Positions 12,401 to 24,400 of a DNA stretch of 64,000 nt are shown here, piece after piece. The first letter of the stretch is position 1; the number at the start of each line of letters is the position of its first letter. Source of the stretch: Tubulanus polymorphus (taxonomy: Eukaryota; Animalia; Nemertea); contig NC_134026.1 in assembly GCF_964204645.1 (NCBI RefSeq), forward strand, positions 7,029,950 through 7,093,949. Direction: 5' to 3'. The position numbers and the translations under genes are program-made. The notes under the pieces are model-generated. The model saw nothing but the letters and a program-made list of their open reading frames with translations. It did no database searches and was not told the DNA's origin.

Positions 12401-15400
12401 TAAATAAGAGTCGCCCCTATCTATAATTTTCAAATCTATCACTCAAGCCAAGCGTATTGCGCCTGAATTAAAACGATGACTACTTTTATTGAGCACGTAG
12501 GCTATGCTTTGTTGGATGAATTCAAGCACGCGACCGCAGATTCTAAATATAGATTTCCCACGCAGCGCTAAAAAATATTTCAGATACCGTAGCACCGATT
12601 TTATGAGACGCTTTTACGGTCTGTTCTTTAACGATCTAACATCAACTTTTCCCCAAGACCCTAACCCCCCCTATCATTTTCTCAACGGATCTACATCAAT
12701 CTCAAGAATGATAAAAATGGACCGCTTACCGTGGAAATCCGCGGAAGAGTTTCATCCCTGAGTAACTATTTACATTTTACACAATAGTGAACTTTTACAA
12801 AATCCGAGTAAATTGTGTTAGATTTCTGAGAATTGATTTTGTGTTTGGTGTTAACAATAAATCTTACAAATGAATTGTGGCTGTCATAAAGACTTGAATG
12901 ATATCTCAAATGATAAATCAATTTTCCAATACGCAAGATGATACGGTCAATTCCAGAACAATCTCAGAGACAGTCAGAACACTGTCAGTCACTATACTCT
13001 CAGACAGTCAGTACTCTATCAGACAGGCAGTACACTCTCATTTGATCCTCATGAATCATGAATCTAACTCAGATGCAGATTGGTGAAACCTATCACAGTT
13101 ATATTGTTCTTATGTCAGTGGTAAACAGATCCGGAATCTACCGTACAGTGTCACTGGTCATTCTGGTTATCTTATTCTTCTTAGGAGCCTTCGGAAATTC
13201 AGCTACTTTCCTGATAATGATAAGTCGCAGATTCCGCAGTATATCTTACGCTAACTATCTTATCATTTTGTCTCTCAGTGATTTCACGTTCTCTATCAAC
13301 TCTACTTTGATACCTGTTTTACAGTTTGTTCTCTTGCACGTCCAAGATGGTCCTATATTCATTATGAGTTCTGTAATCAGTTGTCAAATCTATGAATTTA
13401 CAATGACGCTTGCAGCCATCAATAGTTCGTGGTTAATAGTAGCAATATCTATGGAACGTGCGGCGGTTGTGCTCTTCCCGTTCACATCTCGTTTGATATG
13501 TACACCGAGATTCGCTAAATTTGCTATTTTGATAATTACTGCAGTGAATGTACTGGTTATAAATCTTTTACCAACTTTGTCGATATATTTTACAGACCAG
13601 TTTTTTGGATGCTACTACAAATTAGTTGACCAAATGAGATTTCTCAGCATAATTGTCATTCATGGTAACATGCTACCTTTGTCTTTGATTCTTATATCAA
13701 ATTCTGTCATAATATTTCAGTTATTCAGAGGTTCAAAAATGGTTTCGTCTGATCAGAAAACTACAAAATCAAAACGTACAACGATAATGCTTGTAACAGT
13801 TTCACTCGCATTTGCAATATTTACGCTTCCAAACACTCTTACAATATTGTCACCAATCTCACAGGAACAGAAAGACTTTCTTTATGACATCTTCACACAC
13901 TTCCATGTTTGTAACTTTGTGATAAATTTCTACATATATCTTTTACTGGGACGAGAAATTCGTGAATATTTCTGTATGAAAATCCACTGTAGGAATTCAG
14001 TCAAATAACCATTGAATTCACATTTGATTCACTTCACACAACTTTTTCAAATCTACACTTAACTCCACTTACCCCAGATCTCATTCCGAGGAAAGCAAAT
14101 TTTTGAGGTAGCCAGAGTGAAGTGATCACGATCGGAATTTTTATTAGAATCTAAAATCAACTTTTTTACTTCCTCTGCAGCTCAATGGTCATCACACTAA
14201 CCAGACAAATTACTAAACTCAGTAAGCTCAGTAGTCACGGCTTGCGTGCTGGACGTCTCCTGTTTCCAATCTTACGTTCAGGTTTTTGACTTTTCAATAG
14301 AAAATGGATGCATTTCTCTATGCGAAATAAAGAACTACCCTTGAGAGCTACTGGACGGACCTGTGTATTTATGTGGTTGAATGTTTCTACTTGTTTCCCC
14401 GTATAGAACTGACTACGTAACTTAGTATACGTATTAGATATTTTCCAAACGGTTCAAATGTTTAACAATAAGATAATTCACTATTTACAATGAATTCTCG
14501 TACAACCTTGTATATTGATATTCAATTTAGTAACATTTATATTTTACACAATAATAGGAGTAAATTGTGTTCGCTTTGCCAGAATTGATTCACTGTTAAC
14601 AATAAATCGATTCTAGGACAATTGCCTCTAGGACAATTGCCCCCCAGACAATTGTCACTCAAATAAAATACTTTTTGATTTGGATTAGTTTATTGGAATT
14701 AGTTATAGTGTTACTTTCGCCAATCAAAAACTTTAAATCAGTCCTCGAGTAATTAGCTGCGCTAATTAGCTAGCATTGGCTCTAATTAATTAATTAATTA
14801 GAAGCAAATATCTGTGTTACTTTAAGATTAAAAAGATTTAATTTGGGGGGCAATTGTCCGGGGGCAATTGTCCTGATACCCAACAAATCATATACAAATG
14901 AATTGTAGCTTTAATGACGAATTATCAGCTGTGTACATCTAGTGGTTACTATTTGCCGAAACCGAAGAGCTAACAGAAAGTTACTCTCAGAACATTTCTA
15001 CAGTAGAATTCGGATCAATGTGGGACCAACAAAATTCATCCGGTTTACGGGAAATCCGGATTGAAAATCATCTCCTTGTATATTGATGAACGAATGAACT
15101 GCAAATATTGTCCGGATTAGACCAAGATTCAGATTAAGCGGGTTCGACTATATAAGGATACAAGGTATATTGTATCAGGAATACTTACATGTAACATGAG
15201 AACTGGATCGGCGTGAATCAATCTGACAATATGCAACAACAAATCGCGGTAACTCAGGCCTTCTTCTCCTTTCTCTTTGAATTTCAAACTTCCCGTCACT
15301 TTCTCGCGGAATGTCCAGCTCTGTGTGAAAAACTGCAACAATTATTTGAGAGTTTGGAACGTGATTTGAACCCTTGATCCGCGGTAGAGGCGCACACACA

Positions 15401-18400
15401 CGCACACATATATATATATATATACACATTCAACTAACGATGGTTACACTACGTACGTATGCCGGTAGAGCATAATCAACCATGCTTCAAACACAGGCTC
15501 CAGTCGCGGTATTCAACCCAGTTCCGAGTGGGACATCTAGCGAGCTCTGAGGTACCTAACTGGTGTTCTGAGGAGGGTGCCTAGCTGGCTCCCTTGCTTG
15601 CACACCCAAGGGGTACCTAGCTGGTTCTGTTAAGTCAGCTCTGAGTGGGGTATCTAGCTGGCTTTCTGAGGGAGGTACCTAGCTGGTTCTGTTGGGCTAA
15701 GCCAGCTCTGAGCAGGTACATAGCAGACTTTCTGAGGTGGTACCTAGCCGAATTTCTTTGGGGGGTTTCTAATTTTGAGGGGTTTCCTAGATTCGAACCC
15801 AACTCCTGAGGGGTCCCTATTTTCAACCTGGCTTTGAGTAGAATCATGAAATAATAGAAATTCTCTCATAGTTCAAATAATTAAAAGATTTAGTTGAAGC
15901 AAGAATGGACGAATTGAAAACGAATTACGAGAGGTTTGTCTCATTTTATCACTGTCAATAATCTCAACTAAACTTTGCGCAAAACACAAACGGAAACAGG
16001 ACTAAATATACCCAAGCCTCATACAGTGACCTCACTATCTGTAACATCACTGCCTCTCTTGGTACACAAGGTCAACTAAACCTCCCTATTATCAAACTAT
16101 GTTATACCGGAGATATTATTTCTAACTCCCAGATTCATCTTCTAAATACCTCTCTAACCTACCGGCAGAGGTTCTAGATCATCGCGAGAGAGGTCATAGA
16201 GGTATGTGACAGTATCGGGTCTAAATGGGTTAACAGTATCGTATTGATAATGAACACAGCAGGATTGAGGGAGGATAGCGACAAGAGGAAGATCGACACA
16301 CGAAGTGACCATTTCAAACATGAAGAAATATTCCAAAATCCAAGATAAACTTACACTCGATGATGGTCACCGTGTTTTACTGATCGAACAAAAGAGGGGG
16401 TAAAAGGGAGTGAGCTGGGGGGTTGGAGGGGGGAAGACTGACTGTATGAAGCGATGGTTGAACTATGCACTAAAACCCTCCACCACCTACCTTTAAATAA
16501 CTGAATATATGCAATATACACAGGTGTGTGATGAACAGGTGAACATAATATATACGAGTATACGTAGTGTAGTGTGCACCAATGCCACTGGCTCATACGT
16601 GGTGTAGTGTGTACCAATGCCACTGGCTCAAGAGGGATTGATTGATTTGATTGATTGATGGTGGTTATTAGAGGGGTGAGTTAGAGAACGAACACTGGAC
16701 CTACAAACAACCAAAAAAACAAACTAAAACAATCGAAAATCATTCAGATTCACAAATATCTATCGGAGACTCACCGATGACTCCATCGGTAAGTGTAGAG
16801 AGTCATCGGTGAGTCGTTAGTGAGTCATGGTGTTAATGCAGGTTATATTGTGAACAAGGTTTAAAATGCAGGTTAAAACAGTGATAGGATTGAATCAGCA
16901 CGCAGCCCAACAGTTCGCACCGTTATTTGACTCTGGGATTTTATGAAATAATTCACCGAACTGCAGAGTCAAAGTTAACAGCAAACTGTAGAACTAAATC
17001 TAAGTTTACATAGTTATCTGTTGTTTGTTAGTAGAATATTATACCATGCTTCAATAAGAGCAATTCAATTAGAGTAATCAGGTTATCCACTCCTGGACTT
17101 GGTTCCACAGTTCTCTCAGTTAGAAATAAAACCAATTTCAAACCCTTCGAGTCGAGCTGAACCACAGAACTGTCGAACTGAGTCCAAGATTTCGTAAATT
17201 ACCGGGTTGAAATTGGACATTTGCTTCATTTACGTACAAACCCTTAACCACCACCACCAGCAGCAGCAGCAGCTAGAGGACAGAGTAATAATTACCTGAC
17301 TCATCCGTAATGGCGGGTGTGACAGCGCCCCCTGTGTCACTTTATTCAACGTATCAACGAACATGGTACGGAAAAACGCAGCTTTACTGTAGATGAAATC
17401 AATTTTCGGCCACCAAGGTAACCGCGTCTACAACGATCAGCATACAATGCATTTAATAAGAAAATATGACGTCCATAAATTTTAAGTTTATTCGCAATCT
17501 TACGTAACTTTATTCTACTGCATCCGTTCGAACAATTATGGCTTAGATTTAATACCAATTTTAAAGACCAGGACCCAGTTCCACAGTTCTGGGTTCAAAT
17601 TTGACTCACGAGTTAACTCTAAACTCACAACTGTGGAACTGGATCCAGGGGCTGCAGTTGCTCAGAAGTTGGTTAAAGATAACGGCAAATAAATACCATA
17701 GCAAAAATGAACTTTTAATTGTAATTATGTCAACTATCCACTGGTTCTTAAGTTTTTGGACTTAACCCTGAAACTGGTTCTAAATTGTTACGTAGATTAT
17801 CCAACACTCTTCAAGGCACATGTACACAGACACTCCGCAAAGACACCGACACTCACTGACACACTCACCCGCGCACACCTTGCAGACGCACTTACCTGAG
17901 TGATGATTCGGTGAAGAGCATTGACTAGCACAAAATGAAAAGTAGATGGCGCCTGTTGATTGAGACAAACTTTCAGAATGTCGTTATTGTGAGGCGTAAT
18001 TCGGAAACACGACACAAAACAATCAATCATTAAATCGATATCCTGCGAGATGTACTGCTGACCTCTAGAGAACGGCTTCGCTTGATTGAATAACAACATC
18101 TACAATACACAAACAATTACTTCATTTGATCTTGAAGCAATCACTTCACTTTTATTCCACCTCAGTTAAGTTTAATCGGATCCAACCTCAGCATTCTCTC
18201 AAACAGCATCAATATTAAACTATCAGAATTACTTTTAGTATTTGGGATCCACCGACGATAATATTCATCCTCATTGTCTCTCAACCCAGGGGTTGAGTGA
18301 GGAAACATGGTCTGATAGAAAGACTCCTCAATGCGCAGTAGTGCAGGCCAAGCTTGAATCGTTCTTCTCTCAACCCAGGTGTAAAAATGAGATGAGCTTG

Positions 18401-21400
18401 CTCCAGATGGATAGATGACTCCTCGGTGCGGAGTAGTACAGTAAGCTAAGCTTCTTCCCTCTGTCCACCAGTGAGGGAACCTGGTCTGATAGACAACTCC
18501 TAAAAACTGCTCGAAGTTTGGATGTCACCGTACCCTACCTACTGGTTTTAGTTTGTATGATCAAATCTTTTTACTGAATTCACTAATTCACCTGATGCTC
18601 ATTCACCTGATGAAGCTTCTATACATTAGACGCGAAAGCTCGTGCATCAAATAAATAGTTAACCTATATACTACTACTTGTCTCGTTATTTATTCTGAAT
18701 TCCCTAAATACATATCTGGATCTATCAAATTGTGTTTCGAGTAACAATTACCTCTCAAGTCAAATTCTGGACTGTATTTGTTCATCATATTTTTCATGAG
18801 ATTGGAAACAAATTACAATTACAATTACCCAGTCCCACAATTCTCAATTAAGATTCGACTCTTTATAGAGATAAAACTAAATGAAAATGGACTAATTTCA
18901 ACTCTATATTCAAACTAAACCGATGCAACTGTTGAACTGAGTCCAGTTAAGTCTAAATTATTTGTCTACGCAATTTTCACCGTGAACTATTAAACCGGGT
19001 CGAGGGAACTGAAAATACTTACACGTAAATCTTGTATGACAGAGTGCACCAGTTTAAACAGTACATTAGTGCTATCTTTCGTATTAATATAAGTAGACGC
19101 TTTACACAGTTTCACACAGGTCACCGCTGCTCCTTCGGTTAACTGTTTATTCTGATGGTGATGACTACTCAAAGCTTTCTTTACTTCATCTATAAATCCT
19201 TTCTATAAAACATCAACGAAAACGTATCACATTCAAAATCGATGAAGTTATAAAAAAAAATTTCTCCTTTATTATTCTATTCTACGGGCATCCTCGCTCG
19301 GCAGGGATTCGAGCTTGATAGCATTGCTTAACTCAGCCCTGCCACACTAGACTGGGTGCGCAGGTACATGCGCAGGTTTGCTACACATATCAGACTGCTT
19401 GTATAATCGCTGAGGCAAATTTCACTAACTATAAATGGAAAAACCCGGCCTAGAATACATCAGATTCACTAATAATGACATCATCTTAGCTGAATGGGTA
19501 GCTGCGCACTCACTCTAGTGTGGCAGGGTTTCGTATCGTGGAAATCTTGATGCCATCAGGTTCAACCCAGTACTATATGGAAATAACTTGACCAAAAATC
19601 TCTCCCAGAACAAGACTGAAACAGCCAGGTTTCCAGTTTTATAAATCACGGCTTATATTTGAATTGTTAATATAACCCTAAATAGTTCATTCGAGTTTCA
19701 ATTGTGAGTTTCTTCAATATGTAGATTGACAAACAATTATTTGTTTACTAAGGGAATTACAAGACTTACTTTTTTCATATGTTGAGGTGAACAAGGAGCA
19801 CCATTATCAGCATTTGTGATCTCTTCGAGAATTTTCTGGAAGAAAAAACTAAATTGAACATATCTGAAAAACGATCGGAAAACAATAGAATGAATGATGA
19901 TAAGGTGAACTTACGGGACAGAGCACCAGCAACATCATCTGTAGAGGCCACACGGCAGCCTTCCTACGATTACTTTCGGCAAAAGTAGTAAATAATTCGA
20001 ATAGACGATCACAGCAATCTGTAAAACATAGACAGGCTGGGGTCAGACCTAGTACAACAGAAAAAGACAGGAAACACAATTAATTATCTGCAATAGAAAC
20101 AACAACACAACAACAACGACGACGATGACACAATAGTACAACATTCAACATCGAACAAACAAATATATATCAGTAACAACGGCTTACGACCTTAGAACCC
20201 TAGAACATTTATAGAACCCTTGTAGCCTAGAACCGTTAAATTCATAGAAGCCTGATATCCCACAACATTGAAAATTAATAGAACCCTAGTACCCAAGAAG
20301 AATCTTGACGTTCATAGGACCGTAATATCCCATAACAGTTAGGCTAAGACTCTCATAGAGCACAAATACCTTATAACATTTCAGGGAACTTGAGCACCCT
20401 ATAAGAATCACAGAACCCTAGTATCCCATAACATTCTGACAACTTGAGTACTCCACAACATTCCGAGAACTTAATACACTATAACATTCAGAGAAGCCTA
20501 GTATCCCATAACATTCAGAGAAGCCTAGTATCCCATAACATTCAGAGAAGCCTAGTATCCCATAACAGTCACAGAACTTTTAAGTGCCGCATAACATTCA
20601 TAGAACCCTAGTTTCCAAACCATTACCTTTACAGGACCCCGGGATACAGATTACAGGATAAACTGAACACCAGTGTCTCAGATAAGTATCTGATTCCAAC
20701 CAATGACCACAACCTTAACTGAAATAAGTACTAAGTATCCCATCCCAAATTTCAACCGCACACTGCCGACAGTAATACGGCTGATTTCAAAATGCCTTTT
20801 TTCTTCACTACCGAAATTCAGTTAGCCAAACACTTAAGTTACGCATGCATAGATCCTACACTAATAAAACGATAGATCAATTCACTCGTAACTAGAATTA
20901 GTTTTATACATAAATAGAGACAGTTTGGTAGAGTAGATAGTTTTCACATGCTTAGAGGGGTAAGAATCATGCTGACTGACTGACCGACTGACCGACCGAT
21001 AGAGGGACTGACTGACTGACTGACCAACCCACTATCATTATCAATTATAAACAGGTACATACATGCTGTAGTATTTGAAAACACAGCACATCAAATAAAC
21101 TATCACTCATGAAATAACTTAAAATAACATACATCACAAAGATCGAGGGAACAGTTGTTCAAACGAGTTGGTTAAAGTTAACTGAAAATCTAAATTATAA
21201 TCATATCGATGTATTCTTTAACAAACTCTTTACCAACTGGACCAAGTTCAGCAGTTCTACAGTTAAAATCCAGGGTCTATAGAGTTAAAACATTGAAAAT
21301 CAGCTAATTTTAACTCTACGCTCAAATTTTAACTAAGAACTATTGAACCATTCACTGATTTATATTCATCCAGTTTCTCAATTGAAATTTACCGGGACTC

Positions 21401-24400
21401 GGTCCCACAGTTCTCGGTTAGAAATTGATTCTATAGAGTTAAAACATTGGAAATTAGATTTTGAATTAATTCTAACTGTACAAACCGAGCTACGAACTGA
21501 TGAACCGAGTCCATAGATACACAGTGGAACCTCGTTACAGCGAACTTCACTGGTCAAGAAAATCTGTTCGTTATAACCGATAGTTCTATATTTGTTATAT
21601 CCGATGAATTGTTGTATCCGAGTTCGTTATAACGAGAGGTTTCACTGTAGTATGAACAAGAGAAACTGTATCACAGGGTGACCACTTTGCCCCATTTAAA
21701 AATTGCCGAGAAAGTTTCCCATGTTACACAGCAAAATTTCGGCCACTGGTAAATGGAGAAATGTTACAATTTGTTCATTTTTCATGAATAAAACATTAAG
21801 AAATGCCTGATTAAAAGCATATACAAATTCCCAGAGAGTTTTCCAGGTTTTTGTCAGAAATTGGGAAATTCCACAATTTTTCAAAGATTTTTCAGATTTG
21901 CTGAGGTTTCCAGGTCAGTGGCCACCCTGGTATGTGAACTATAAGATATTTTCGGGTATAGATACTTGCCTGCAAGTTCATCATCTTGTTTTTTCTGTAA
22001 GTCAGTGAACTCTTCAGGGTGATTATCCATCCAATTCCAGATTGCCTGTAAATAATACATCATAACATTCAACAGCGATTCAGTATCCTTGACAATTAGG
22101 ACATTGTCAATATAGTGAAATAAACTACTAGCTCAAGAAATACAATTCAGACTTGTCGACAAAATTGATCTGGACCCAGTTCCTGTTATGGAGCTAGTTC
22201 CACAGTTCAGGACCCACTTCAACAGTTCAGGATCCAGTTCCACAGTTCTGGACCCAGTTCCACAGTTCTGAATCCAGATCCACAGTTGTGAGTTAACAAC
22301 TCATTGAAATAACTGATAATTCAGATAACTATCTCACAACACTGAAGATTGTAAAACCCCTCACACAACACGTTACTGATAAATACCTTCTCCAGATTCG
22401 TGGCCAAACATAACTGAGCATTCTTCTTCATGAATTTAAACTTTGTGGCCACCTCTTCATGAAACGAGAAATAATCATAAAATCAAAAGATTATTTACTA
22501 AAGCACACTTCACCCCCAAGTTTCAGGATGCAAAAGTTGACCAGTAACTCTTAAATCAATTCAATTTCAATGAACCCAGAACTATGCTACACGAAGTTTA
22601 ACATAAAATTCGAAAATATTTCTTAAGATTAGAGGAAAATTCATCGACTTCCTAAATATTCTTAAACCGAGAAATATTACTAAATTCTCAATTTTTCTCA
22701 ATTTCCCAGTAATGTAGGAACCGCGTAATGCGTTGGAATTTAAATTTTGAATTTTGTCAAACTGACTGCGTGACAAATAGAGAAAATAGGAAAACAGATA
22801 TTTACCATTTAATAACCGAGTTAACCGATGTACGTCAACGTCAATGTGTTGGATAAGTTCAAGGTCAGTAAATTGGTCGTTATCGTCACTGCTGTTCAGC
22901 GCTTGATTGATTCTACAAATAAACAGAACAAAAATATTCATGACGAAACACTGACAGTTAACATTCTACAAAGCGTTTCAGAGTTCTTACAGACCAACAG
23001 AATTGAAAATTTCCCCCTATTTCCCATACGCTTGACCACAAACTCCCTGATTGAATCATAAGATATTCTCGGTGGGGGCTGTTTCTTATGAAGAGGTTCC
23101 TTGTGCCACTCGTCAACAGCAAGAATAATAAGAAACCAAAAATTTAAATTCTCTGACTTTTCCCAGATTTTCAAGAAAAGAGTCAAAATTCACCGATTAT
23201 CGCTGATCTGTAAGAACCATATCGATATTGAACACAACAAACCTGTTGGAAATCCGATTGAAGATGGCCGTGAAGTTATTCAAACTCAACGCGAAGAGAA
23301 CTTTTGAAGCGAGGTTTCTCTGAACAGGCCACGGATTATCAGATCTCTGATTCAATAACTACAAAACATCAACGCATACAACTATCATTGCAGCAACTAG
23401 AGATCTCCACTTGTTAGGAGGAATTTGAGATAGATGGACCAGTTGTATGAGGGATTGAGATAGATCTCGACCGGTTAGGAGGAATTTGAGATAGATTTCG
23501 ACCTGTTATAACCGTCGAATTATGAGGAATTTGAGGTAGATCTTCATGTGTTATGAGGAATTTGAGGTAGATCTCGACATGTTATGAGGAATTTGAGGTA
23601 GGTCTCGACATATTATGAGGAAGTTGAGGTAGATCTTCATGTGTTATGAGGAATTTGAGGTAGATCTCGACATGTTATGAGGAATTTGAGGTAGGTCTCG
23701 ACATATTATGAGGAATTTGAGGTAGATCTTCATGTGTTATGAGGAATTTGAGGTAGATCTCGACGTGTTATGAGGAATTTGAGGTAGATCTCGATATGTT
23801 AGGAGGAATTTGAGGTAAATCTCAACCTGTTATAAGGAATTTGAGGTGATCTCGACATGTCATGAGGAATTTGAGGTATGTCTTGATGTGTTATGAGGAA
23901 TTTGAGATGGATCTCGCCCAGTTATCAGATTCAAAATACCTTGCAGATTTCAGGCAGTAAATTCTGTACATATTTAGCCTCATCCAGTCTCGTGTGGGTG
24001 ACATCTTTCGGCTGCTAAAAAATGGACGAAAAAACGGGAACATTATGAAATTCGTCATCGTAAGTTAAACCAAGGTTACTTGAGATGTTACTGACCCCGT
24101 TTAGAACTTGTTCCAATGTGTCTAAAATTATCAGTTGTGATTCGATATAATTCCTACTCGCCTCATCACCAACTATTTTCTGAAATTACAAAATAATGTA
24201 AAAAATTTTACCAACCTAAGAACCAGAGAGCTCGCTAGTATTGGGACCGCTGTAAATATTTCACCGAGTTGAGAATCAGGGAATCCAGTAGTGTTAAGGA
24301 GGAGACTAACTGTCTAAACTGTAGATCTAATTGAAGTAAACAGGCTCCTCTTCGTACTTACCATAGTATCGACATTTTTCAATGTATTTGTTAACCCGTT

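Noticed and set aside
16668-16700. Additional NF1 acceptor (ttgtttgtag|GTCCAG...)
   Set aside because: Runs into a stop after 10 codons and no donor found; cannot be supported without transcripts.
23400-23915. CRISPR-like regular repeats
   Set aside because: Head-to-tail 31-bp units with no unique spacers, in a eukaryotic intron, no cas genes.
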